DNA of 36,961 nt from a virus (taxonomy: Duplodnaviria; Caudoviricetes). A model generated the notes under the pieces. That model made no database searches. It saw only the letters and a list, made by a program, of their open reading frames with translations, and was not told the DNA's origin. Shown here in pieces: positions 1 through 7,643 of this stretch. Position numbers and translations under genes: made by a program. Location: positions 1 through 36,961 of the IMG/VR virus record IMGVR_UViG_3300037784_000160; one strand, written 5' to 3'. Position 1 is the stretch's first letter. Each line of letters opens with the position of its first letter.

Positions 1-2277
1 ATGATGCGCCATTCGCTACTGGCAGCGGGCCTCGCCGCCCTGCTGCTGACACCTTCGGCCGAGGCCCGCAGCGGGCTCGAGGCGACCATCACCCGCACCA
101 CCTACGGCATCCCGCATATCGCCGCCGATACCTGGCAGGGCGTCGGCTACGGCGTCGCCTATGCCTATGCCGAGGACAACCTGTGCCTGCTTGCCGAGGA
201 ATTCGCCACCGTCGCGGGCGAACGGGCGATGCATTTCGGCCCGGAGGCCAAGGCGGTGCTCGGCTTCCAGGAGGTCGACAACCTGTCATCCGACGTGTTC
301 TTCCGCGCCGCGATCGACCTACCGGCCCTGCGCGAGGGCTTCGAGACGCAGGGACGCGAAGCGCGCGCGCTCGCCGAGGGCTATGTCGCGGGCTACAACC
401 GCTTCCTGAAGGATGCGGGCGCAGACGGCATTCCCGCCGAGTGCCGCGGCAAGCCCTGGGTGCGCGCGATCACGCTCGACGACGTGCTGCGCCTCACCGA
501 AAAGCAGATGCTGCTGGCCAGTTCGCTGGCGCTCGCACCGGGCATCGCCAATGCCTCGCCGCCGGGCACGGCGCAGAAGCAGGTGGCGATGGCGCTTCCC
601 CGTCCGGGCGAGCTGGGCCTCGGCAGCAACGGCTGGGCCTTCGGCGGCGAGGCGACCGCCGACGGGCGCGGGCTGGTGATCGGCAATCCGCACTTCCCGT
701 GGAACGGGCCGAGCCGGTTCTGGCAACTCCACGTCACCGGGCCGGACGGCTACGATGTGATGGGCGTGGGCATTGCCGGCACCCCGATCCCGACCCTGGG
801 CTTCAACAAGGACGTGGGCTGGACCCACACCGTCACCGCCGCGCGCCACTTCACCCTGCACGCGCTGACGCTCGATCCCGCCGATCCGACCCGCTACATG
901 CTCGACGGGCAGAGCGTGGCGATGGAGCCGCGCAGCATCACGGTGCCGATGCCGGAGGGCACCCCCGCCGTTACCCGCACGCTCTACACCACGCGCTTCG
1001 GCCCCATCTTCGTCGCCCCGCAATCGGGGGTGAACTGGAGCTCGGGCATGGCCTTCGCGGTGAAGGATGCCAACCGCGGCAACCAGCGCGCGATCGACAC
1101 CTGGCTCAGGATCGGCAAGGCGAAGAGCGTCGGAGAAATTGCGCAGGCAGTCAGCACCACGCTCGGCATCCCCTGGGTCAACACCATCGCCGCCGACCGG
1201 AACGGCGATGCGCTCCACGCCGATGTGACCGCGGTGCCCAATGTCACGGCAGATCTGATCGCCGCCTGTTCGACCCCGCTCTCGCCGCTGTTCGCGCAGC
1301 TGGCGACGCTGCTCGACGGGACGCGTTCGGAATGCGACTGGCAGGTCGCCCCCGGCACGCCGGTGCCCGGCCTGATGCCCGCCGATGCGCAGGCGACCAA
1401 GCTGCGGCGCGACTATCTCACCAATTCGAACGACAGCTACTGGCTCAGCAATCCGCGCGCCCCGCACCCCGCGCTCTCGCCGATCCTCGGCAAACACGCG
1501 AGCGCGCTGAGCCTGCGCAGCCGTTCCAACTTCACCGAGACCGAGGCGCTGCTGGCCGCGGGCAAAATCGATCACGCGCGGGCCAAGGCGATGGCCTTCG
1601 CCAACAAGAGCCTTGCCGCGGACATGGCGGTGGCTCCGCTGCTGGCGCTGTGCGCCGGAAGCGCCGCACCGGCCGATGCCGTCGCGCGCGGCTGCGCGAC
1701 GCTGGCCGGATGGGATCGCCGCTACGAGGCCGACAGCCGCGGCGCGGCGCTGTTCCGCGCCTTCTGGGCCAAGGTCGGCCAGCGCGGCGACCTGTGGGCG
1801 GTGCCCTTCGACCCGTCCGATCCGATCGGCACCCCGCACACCCTCGCCACCGAAGGCGCGAGCGGCGAAAAGCTGCTCTCGGCGCTCGGCGAGGCGGTAG
1901 CTGAGCTCGAAGAGGCGGGCATCGCGCCCGGCACGCCGTGGGGCGAAGTGCAGCGCTGGACCGCGAACGGCGAGGCGATCCCGATCCACGGCGGACCCGG
2001 CACGGCGGGCGTGCTCAACTACCAGGACGCGCGCCCCGCGCCGGGCGGCGGGCTCGCGCCGGTCCACGGGACGAGCTACATCCAGATCGTCGGCTTCGAT
2101 GCGGACGGCCCGGTGGTCGACGCGATCCTGTCCTATTCGCAATCGACCGACCCCGCCTCGCCGCACTTTGCCGACCAGACCCGGGCCTATGCCGAAAAGC
2201 GCTGGCACCGCCTGCCCTTCGCCCCCGACGAGATCGCCGCGGAGCAGATCGGCGAGACGAAGCGCATCGCACAATAG
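1..2277 (+). CDS. Secreted Ntn-hydrolase acylase (penicillin amidase family; AHL acylase PvdQ/QuiP or aculeacin A acylase-like); host gene
   Basis: N-terminal signal peptide; TYGIPHI and GYGVAYAYAEDN in the alpha subunit; GSNGWAFG (beta-subunit N-terminal nucleophile Ser); NPHFPW; NSNDSYW; C-terminal YSQSTDPASPHFADQT. Substrate cannot be determined from sequence. Confidence 0.9.
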   Translation: MMRHSLLAAGLAALLLTPSAEARSGLEATITRTTYGIPHIAADTWQGVGYGVAYAYAEDNLCLLAEEFATVAGERAMHFGPEAKAVLGFQEVDNLSSDVFFRAAIDLPALREGFETQGREARALAEGYVAGYNRFLKDAGADGIPAECRGKPWVRAITLDDVLRLTEKQMLLASSLALAPGIANASPPGTAQKQVAMALPRPGELGLGSNGWAFGGEATADGRGLVIGNPHFPWNGPSRFWQLHVTGPDGYDVMGVGIAGTPIPTLGFNKDVGWTHTVTAARHFTLHALTLDPADPTRYMLDGQSVAMEPRSITVPMPEGTPAVTRTLYTTRFGPIFVAPQSGVNWSSGMAFAVKDANRGNQRAIDTWLRIGKAKSVGEIAQAVSTTLGIPWVNTIAADRNGDALHADVTAVPNVTADLIAACSTPLSPLFAQLATLLDGTRSECDWQVAPGTPVPGLMPADAQATKLRRDYLTNSNDSYWLSNPRAPHPALSPILGKHASALSLRSRSNFTETEALLAAGKIDHARAKAMAFANKSLAADMAVAPLLALCAGSAAPADAVARGCATLAGWDRRYEADSRGAALFRAFWAKVGQRGDLWAVPFDPSDPIGTPHTLATEGASGEKLLSALGEAVAELEEAGIAPGTPWGEVQRWTANGEAIPIHGGPGTAGVLNYQDARPAPGGGLAPVHGTSYIQIVGFDADGPVVDAILSYSQSTDPASPHFADQTRAYAEKRWHRLPFAPDEIAAEQIGETKRIAQ

Positions 2278-2427
2278 GGCCGGCACGGGTGCCCGGCACG
2301 CCGGAATGGGCGCAGCCGGGCCGCCATGCTCATGCACGCGGCGGCGTTGGGGAGATGAATTCGGAAACCGGGCGGCGCCGGGCGCCTCGCCCTTCTGCCC
2401 GCAATGGCCTTATCGGCGGTGGCGGGC

Positions 2428-2445
2428 TGGAGCGGGTGAAGGGAA
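2428..2445 (-). repeat. att site: displaced 3' end of tRNA-Gly (probably the CCC isoacceptor), TTCCCTTCACCCGCTCCA
   Basis: Plus strand TGGAGCGGGTGAAGGGAA is the reverse complement of the proteobacterial tRNA-Gly 3' end (...GGTTCGATTCCCTTCACCCGCTCCA). The match stops in the T-loop, 23 bp from the recombinase stop codon. No intact tRNA is present here. Confidence 0.8.
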
Positions 2446-2468
2446 CTGGGCTTTAGAGTAAGTGGGGA

Positions 2469-4067
2469 TCAGGCCCGTTTGTTGGCAGCGGGTTCGATTC
2501 CTGCGCGGTCGCCAGTGGCGAGATCTACTATTGCGCTGAGGCGGCCCTTGACCTCGACGATTACACCGCGGCCGTGGGCGTTGGGAGTGAGCACGATCCG
2601 GTCGATCAGCTCGCGCAGAACGGGAATTGCCGCCTCTCGGGCGGCGGGATCGGCGAGTGCGGTGCGCAGGTCGGCGACCTGCCTTCGGTAATCCTCGGCA
2701 ATAGCGGGATGCAGGGCGACGACGCGCAGCGCGTCGACCTCGGCCAGCTGACTGGCGGTGCGATCGCGATCCAGGCGGGCCGCGCGGAGCGCGTCGCGTA
2801 GCTCGGCGAATTCACTCCCGCCTTCGGCGATCACGTGCACCAGGCGTTCGACCTTGGCGGTGGCGGCCGCCAGCTGGCGCTCGAGCGCGGCGCGGCGCTG
2901 GCGGGCCTGCCGAGCACGGCGGGTGTATTCCTCGTGATATTCGCGGACGTAGGTCGAGACGACTTCGGGATCCAGCAGCTGATCCTGCAAGGCGGCGAGC
3001 GTCTCGCGCTCGTAAGTCTCGGTGCTGATCGTGCGGTTGTTGGTGCAGCTGCCGCCGTCGCGGCGCGCGCCGCAGGACCAGAAGCGACCGGTCGAGATGT
3101 TCCATGGCCCGCCACAGGTGCCGCAGCGGCCGAGGCCGGAGAGGATGTGGCGCGGGCGGCGCGCCTTGACCGGGGCCGCAACGGTGCGGTTGCGTTCGAG
3201 CTCGGCCTGCACCGCTTCCCACAGGGCGTCGTCGATGATGCGCAGGGCAGGCACGGCCTCGATGATCCAGGCGCTTTCGGGGTTGGGGCGGATGCGAGTG
3301 GTGCGGGTGACGGGCTCGATCACCTTGCTGGTGCGGTTGTGGACCAGCTCGCCGATGTAGAGCCTGTTCGAGAGCATGCCGTTGCCTCGGGTGCGATCGG
3401 GCCGGATGGTGCTGGCGCGCCAACTGCTGCCGCGCGGGCCGGGGATGCCTTCGGCGTTGAGCTGGCGGGCGATCGCGACCGGGCTCCTGCCGGCGGCGTA
3501 TTCGGTGAAGATGCGGCGGACGATATCGGCCTGCGCCTCATCGATCTCGCGCAGGCCGCGCACGGCCCTGCCCCCTTCATCGATCCGGTTGGCGAGGCAG
3601 TAGCCATAGGCGAGCCCGGCCGGGCTGCGGCCCTGCCGCACGGTGCCCGCCTGCCCGCGCTTGATATTGTGGCGCAGCTCTACCCGCTGCTGTTCATCGA
3701 GCAGGCCCTTGATCGCGCCCTTGAAGCTGTCAATCTCACCATCGCCCAGCGTGAAGAGGCGCGCGCCGTGGAAGTTGAGGCGTTCGCGGATGTGGTGCGC
3801 ATCGCCCTGGTTGCGGGCGAGCCTGCTGGTGGTGTCGATCAGGACCTGATCGATATCGCCCTGCTCGACGCGGGCGAGCATGGCCGCGAGGCCGGGGCGC
3901 TGGCTTTCATCGGTGCCGGCCGCGCCGCCGATCGCGTAATCGGTGAAGACGTCGAGCACCGGCCAGCCTTCAGCACTGGCGCGGTCGCGGCACACCCCGA
4001 TCTGCTGGTCGATCGACCGGCTATTCTGCAGCTGGCTGGAATATCGGGCGTAGATCAGGGTTCGCAT
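2469..4067 (-). CDS. Large serine recombinase (integrase), 532 aa
   Basis: YARYSS catalytic Ser motif at the N-terminus, DTTSRLARN, AYGY recombinase domain, zinc ribbon (ILSGLGRCGTCGG...CGARRDGGSC) and coiled coil. Start moved to MRTLIY at 4067. Confidence 0.92.
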   Translation of the reverse strand: MRTLIYARYSSQLQNSRSIDQQIGVCRDRASAEGWPVLDVFTDYAIGGAAGTDESQRPGLAAMLARVEQGDIDQVLIDTTSRLARNQGDAHHIRERLNFHGARLFTLGDGEIDSFKGAIKGLLDEQQRVELRHNIKRGQAGTVRQGRSPAGLAYGYCLANRIDEGGRAVRGLREIDEAQADIVRRIFTEYAAGRSPVAIARQLNAEGIPGPRGSSWRASTIRPDRTRGNGMLSNRLYIGELVHNRTSKVIEPVTRTTRIRPNPESAWIIEAVPALRIIDDALWEAVQAELERNRTVAAPVKARRPRHILSGLGRCGTCGGPWNISTGRFWSCGARRDGGSCTNNRTISTETYERETLAALQDQLLDPEVVSTYVREYHEEYTRRARQARQRRAALERQLAAATAKVERLVHVIAEGGSEFAELRDALRAARLDRDRTASQLAEVDALRVVALHPAIAEDYRRQVADLRTALADPAAREAAIPVLRELIDRIVLTPNAHGRGVIVEVKGRLSAIVDLATGDRAGIEPAANKRA

Positions 4068-4170
4068 CGGTCGATTCGCTTTCCCGCAAGCGGGCAATGT
4101 CCCGCGCCACGGCCGCGCGCGCAAGCACCTTCGCCAGTTCGAAGACGGCAGGGGGCGGCGCAGGCTTCAC
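4021..4170 (-). CDS. Small 49-aa ORF overlapping the recombinase start; candidate recombination directionality factor
   Basis: GTG start overlaps the upstream TGA (GTGA coupling). Translation MKPAPPPAVFELAKVLARAAVARDIARLRESESTDANPDLRPIFQPAAE. Absent from the ORF track because it is under 60 aa. Confidence 0.5.
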   Translation of the reverse strand: MKPAPPPAVFELAKVLARAAVARDIARLRESESTDANPDLRPIFQPAAE

Positions 4171-4334
4171 GGCGCGGCCTTCCTGACCGCATAGCGGGAG
4201 ACGATGTGCTGCTCACCATCCTCGAATTCGATGCGGCAGCTGTTCATGGTGCCGCGCGCAAGGATGCGGCAGCGCTGTCCCTTGCGGTGGGGCAGCGTCG
4301 ATCGCCAGTACCAGATGCGATCGAAGTCCGGCAT
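4167..4334 (-). CDS. Small 55-aa phage protein
   Basis: TGATG coupling to the HNH gene. Translation MPDFDRIWYWRSTLPHRKGQRCRILARGTMNSCRIEFEDGEQHIVSRYAVRKAAP. It fills the gap exactly. Confidence 0.7.
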   Translation of the reverse strand: MPDFDRIWYWRSTLPHRKGQRCRILARGTMNSCRIEFEDGEQHIVSRYAVRKAAP

Positions 4335-4657
4335 CAGTCGAGCTCGAGCTTCAGCTGGCTGGCGAAGGCGCGCTCGCGGATCCCGGCACGGCGGGTCGGG
4401 GCGTCATAGGTATTGTGGCAGCGCTGGCACATGGCGCGCAGATTGTCGTCTGCGCAGTTCTCGGGCTGGTGATCGAGATGGGCGACGGTGAGCACCACGA
4501 TCGAGCCGGTCACCGGGTGTGCCTTCCCGTTCTCGGCCCGGCATTCGGGGAACGCGGGCGAGCCTTCACAACGGCCTTCAGCCCGCGCACGGATGCGCAG
4601 GCTGATCGCCTTCCAGTCTTTCGGATAACGGGCGCGGTTTTCCGGTCGGATCGGCAT
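4334..4657 (-). CDS. HNH-endonuclease-like zinc-binding protein
   Basis: RCEG...C, VLTVAHLDHQPEN...NLRAMCQRCH; TGATG coupling at both ends. Confidence 0.75.
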   Translation of the reverse strand: MPIRPENRARYPKDWKAISLRIRARAEGRCEGSPAFPECRAENGKAHPVTGSIVVLTVAHLDHQPENCADDNLRAMCQRCHNTYDAPTRRAGIRERAFASQLKLELD

Positions 4658-5511
4658 CAGGCGAGCGCCCGGGCAAAGAGTTCACCTGCATTGCGATCCA
4701 TAGCTGCTGGATTGATCCAGAGCACTTCGGTCGCTGGTGCAGCACCGTCTTTCAACGCGGCCTTCTCGATCCGTCTCCACCCCTCGAGTCGCTGATCATA
4801 GAAGTCGCTCGGGTAGCCGCTAAGTACCACCATGCCCTTCAGCGTTCCGAGGAAGCCGAGCAGCTCATCATGCTGATCAGTGGACAGTTCGTGGCGATAA
4901 ACGCCGCCATTGTCGGCGCTTCTATTGCAGCGCGCGCGGGTCTCTGGGAGATAGGGCGGATCGACATAGTGCAGGGTCTCCGGGCCATCATGCTTGGCCA
5001 TCACGGCCATCGCCGGACGGTTTTCGATGACTACGCCGGAGACGCGCTTCACCACGAGATCAATGCAGTCAGGCAGATTGGCCCAATCGTGGGCTGGCGT
5101 GGTGCCTGACCGGTTGGAGGTTGCACGGAAACCGGTGCGATATTGGCCGCTCGCCCCATCGCTGCCGTGCCCCATGAATGCGCGGATCACCAAGCGGCGC
5201 GCGCGCTCGACCGGATCCTCAGCCATCTCGTAAGCCCGGTTGAATTCCTCGCGAGCAAACGGTGTCAGTCGGAGCGCGCCGACAAGCCTGGCCGAAAGCA
5301 CCGCATCGCGCAGTACGGTGAAGTAGTTCACCAGTTCGTCATCAAGATCATTCCAGATTTCGGCATAGCAGCGCGGCTTCCGCAGCCCGACGGACCACGC
5401 TCCGCCGAACGGCTCGACATAGATCCGGTGCGGCGGGAAGTGAGAGATGATCCAAGGCGCGAGCAGCCATTTGCCGCCATGCCAGCGGAGCGCTGGGCGG
5501 GTTGGGGTCAT
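4657..5511 (-). CDS. dam: DNA adenine methyltransferase (Dam / D12 class N6-adenine MTase)
   Basis: WHGGKW, YVEPFGGA (SAM binding), IWNDLD and YVDPPY catalytic motif. Target sequence unknown. Confidence 0.88.
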   Translation of the reverse strand: MTPTRPALRWHGGKWLLAPWIISHFPPHRIYVEPFGGAWSVGLRKPRCYAEIWNDLDDELVNYFTVLRDAVLSARLVGALRLTPFAREEFNRAYEMAEDPVERARRLVIRAFMGHGSDGASGQYRTGFRATSNRSGTTPAHDWANLPDCIDLVVKRVSGVVIENRPAMAVMAKHDGPETLHYVDPPYLPETRARCNRSADNGGVYRHELSTDQHDELLGFLGTLKGMVVLSGYPSDFYDQRLEGWRRIEKAALKDGAAPATEVLWINPAAMDRNAGELFARALA

Positions 5512-6230
5512 GATGCCTCCAGTGCTGCCGCGATGCGGCGGCAGGCGGTTTCGAAGTGGGTGGGGTTCTGCTCAATCCCGACGAAGCGCTTGCCCGCCTT
5601 GACGGCGGCGACGCCGGTCGAGCCGGTGCCCATGAAGGGATCGCAGATGCTTTCGCCTGCGACGTTGCGGACGATCTTGTCCATCACGGCGTCAGGCTTC
5701 ACGGTGGGGTGGCCGAACTTGGCTTTGCCGCGCACCGAGTAGGCGTCGACGACGCGGGCCTTGTCGGCGAGCGCGCCCTGCGGGTGGTATCCCCGCGACC
5801 AGCAATGCACGTAGAACTCAAGGTGCGGCCGGTAATGCTTGTTGGCGAGGGGCTGGGGGTTCTTCTTCCGCCAGAGGCAAACGGCCATGCGCTCGAAGCT
5901 GCCGTCGAGGTAGGGCAGCAGCTTGGGGAGCTGATCGTTGTGGCAGAAGACGACGGCGGCGCCGCAGAGCAGCGGGTTGACGATCGAGAACTCGAAGCCC
6001 TTGTGGAGCTGCTCATCCACGATCTGGTCCATGCCGCCGCGGCGGGCCTTGCGATACTCGCCGCCACCCTCGGCCCGGAACTCATAGGGCGGGTCCATGA
6101 CGTCGGCGTCCATCCAGCCCAGCGTGGGCCGGATGGCGTAGGCATCGCCGCAGTAGAGGGTGACGCGGTTGCCGATGGTGACGACGGTCATGTCGGAGCC
6201 GGGGCGTGCGGGGTCGAAGCCGATGATCAT
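5508..6230 (-). CDS. Beta-class DNA N4-cytosine/N6-adenine methyltransferase
   Basis: LYCGDA, MDPPY, HPTVKP, DPFMGTGSTGVAA, FVGIE. The start at 6230 forms an ATGA overlap with the upstream gene. Confidence 0.88.
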   Translation of the reverse strand: MIIGFDPARPGSDMTVVTIGNRVTLYCGDAYAIRPTLGWMDADVMDPPYEFRAEGGGEYRKARRGGMDQIVDEQLHKGFEFSIVNPLLCGAAVVFCHNDQLPKLLPYLDGSFERMAVCLWRKKNPQPLANKHYRPHLEFYVHCWSRGYHPQGALADKARVVDAYSVRGKAKFGHPTVKPDAVMDKIVRNVAGESICDPFMGTGSTGVAAVKAGKRFVGIEQNPTHFETACRRIAAALEAS

Positions 6231-6661
6231 TGGAGGCCCGCCTTTTGCAGCCATTCGGCAAGGCGTGCTTCCACCTCGCGCTTGGCGGCGTCGATTGTCC
6301 GGCAGGTAAACCAGAATGCTGGAGTCTCGACTGCCCCAAGGTTGAAGATGGCGCGCGGCCTGTCGCCCCCTCTACCGCCGCCAGTAGGGGCGACGCTTGG
6401 ATCGGTGGGAGTCCCGCGATCCCGGCGCGGGCGCCCGTCGGCGCGCAGTTCGAAGTTGGTCGAGAGGGTCATTTCCCTCATCCGCCAAGTCTGGCCGCGG
6501 CGGGTGACCGCCTCGCTCTGGCGCTGCAACCGGCCCAGGGCGTAGTCGAACAGCAGCGGCTTGCCGCCGCTGTTGAACAGCGCGGGCTTGCGCACCGGGG
6601 TATGGGGCCGACCGAGCGGCCAGTTGGTCGGGTAGGCAAAGGTGATTTGCGGGGCGCCCAT
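6227..6661 (-). CDS. Chimeric or truncated protein: N-terminal part of a phage J-domain-associated protein fused to an unrelated C-terminus
   Basis: AAGGAG RBS. AYPTNWPLGRPHT...LSTNFELRADGRPR...DPSVA matches, from recall, the N-terminus of phage DnaJ-domain proteins, but the expected ACD...DN segment and the HPD J-domain are absent. Confidence 0.55.
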   Translation of the reverse strand: MGAPQITFAYPTNWPLGRPHTPVRKPALFNSGGKPLLFDYALGRLQRQSEAVTRRGQTWRMREMTLSTNFELRADGRPRRDRGTPTDPSVAPTGGGRGGDRPRAIFNLGAVETPAFWFTCRTIDAAKREVEARLAEWLQKAGLQ

Positions 6662-6665
6662 CGGG

Positions 6666-6989
6666 TTACTCCTTGCGAAGGGTGTTGATGGTGGTGATCG
6701 CCATGGCGGCGGCGAGTTCGAGGTGGCGGATCGCCTTCTCGCGGTCCGCGCCGGCGTTGCGCAGCTCGAGCAGCGCATCGAGCGTGAGGTTGAGCGCTTC
6801 CTCGCACAGCCCCTCGCCCTGCCGGTGCGGGGCGACGAAGCGGGTGATCTGCTTTTCGACCAGCGCGGCGCGGGCGGCGATCACGCCGCGGAACGCCTCG
6901 GCATCCTCGGCGAAGACCCGCACGTGCTCGATGTCGAGCGACATGGCGGCATGACTGCCGATGCGCAGGGTGGGGATCGGGCGGGTCAT
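6666..6989 (-). CDS. Hypothetical helical protein, 107 aa
   Basis: ATGA overlap with the upstream ORF; fits the coupled operon. Confidence 0.65.
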   Translation of the reverse strand: MTRPIPTLRIGSHAAMSLDIEHVRVFAEDAEAFRGVIAARAALVEKQITRFVAPHRQGEGLCEEALNLTLDALLELRNAGADREKAIRHLELAAAMAITTINTLRKE

Positions 6990-7297
6990 GCGCCGACCAT
7001 CGGTCGCTGGTGGGGCGGCATGTTCTCGGGGAGACGTGCCTTGCCGACTTCCTGGACAATCGAGCGATGTACGTCGTGGGCCAGCTCGATGATTGTGGCT
7101 ATCGCCTTCGCGAACTGTACGGCGCCATCGAAGTCCGGCACCCGGAACACGACTGTCAGGGTGTGGGGATATACCACCTCCGACTTGATCGAGCTGTATG
7201 GGCTAGTACGGATCACGGCATAGAACCGGTCGCCTTTCCCCTGCGAGGTCAGGTCCACGGTCTTGAATCTTGGCTGCTTTTCGCGCGCGTCGCTCAT
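6986..7297 (-). CDS. Hypothetical protein, 103 aa (MSDAREKQPRFK...)
   Basis: GGAGGG RBS and ATGA overlaps at both ends. Confidence 0.65.
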   Translation of the reverse strand: MSDAREKQPRFKTVDLTSQGKGDRFYAVIRTSPYSSIKSEVVYPHTLTVVFRVPDFDGAVQFAKAIATIIELAHDVHRSIVQEVGKARLPENMPPHQRPMVGA

Positions 7298-7452
7298 GCC
7301 GCCCTCCGCTGCCGGGTGGCGCGCCGGGCGCTCACGCAATCGTCGCACACCGGCTTGCCGTCGCGGCCGATCTGCCAGCCCGGGGGCGTGACGGTGGTGG
7401 TGCTCTGGTGCGATTTCCCGCAGTCGCATTCGAAGCTGTATTGCTGCTGCAT
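7294..7452 (-). CDS. Small 52-aa zinc-ribbon-like protein (CxC...CxxC)
   Basis: MQQQYSFECDCGKSHQSTTTVTPPGWQIGRDGKPVCDDCVSARRATRQRRAA; GGGAG RBS; stop overlaps the next ATG. Not in the ORF track. Confidence 0.65.
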   Translation of the reverse strand: MQQQYSFECDCGKSHQSTTTVTPPGWQIGRDGKPVCDDCVSARRATRQRRAA

Positions 7453-7466
7453 CGGAGGAACTCCCT

Positions 7467-7643
7467 TCAGTTGGCGAAGTCGAAAATGGCGATGACCGCC
7501 CAGACGAAGCTGGTGGCGACGATCCCCGCGATCAGAAGTCGCAGGCGGCGGACCTTGCGGCGTTCCGCCCGGGCGGCAGGGTCGCAGGCCGGGCAGCGGC
7601 AGCAGGCCGCGTGCTCGAAGGGGTGGAAGTGCAAATCACCCAT
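7467..7643 (-). CDS. Small 58-aa membrane protein with Cys-rich N-terminus
   Basis: GGGAG RBS; HAACCRCPAC followed by a basic stretch and a hydrophobic C-terminal helix. Confidence 0.6.
   Translation of the reverse strand: MGDLHFHPFEHAACCRCPACDPAARAERRKVRRLRLLIAGIVATSFVWAVIAIFDFAN

Noticed and set aside
1-2277. Acylase as phage-borne quorum-quenching cargo
   Set aside because: It lies outside the att fragment, so it is a host gene, and AHL specificity cannot be read from the sequence.
183-2337. Long alternative-frame and antisense ORFs over the acylase (573 aa, 672 aa), and similar ones elsewhere (2835-4409, 9231-10913, 15503-17650, 23086-24837, 30938-33034, 33839-35779)
   Set aside because: Shadow ORFs expected in high-GC DNA with strong codon bias. 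They have no motifs and overlap well-supported genes.
2278-2400. GC-rich inverted repeats after the acylase stop as a terminator
   Set aside because: Short stems (GGCAC/GTGCC and others) lack a U-tract on either strand, so a terminator cannot be supported.
2428-2514. Intact tRNA gene
   Set aside because: Only 3' fragments are present; there is no D-arm, anticodon arm or 5' acceptor strand.
4334-5511. Classical type II restriction-modification system
   Set aside because: The 107-aa HNH protein has no evident specificity domain and lies in the repressed lytic operon. Orphan MTases are the simpler reading.
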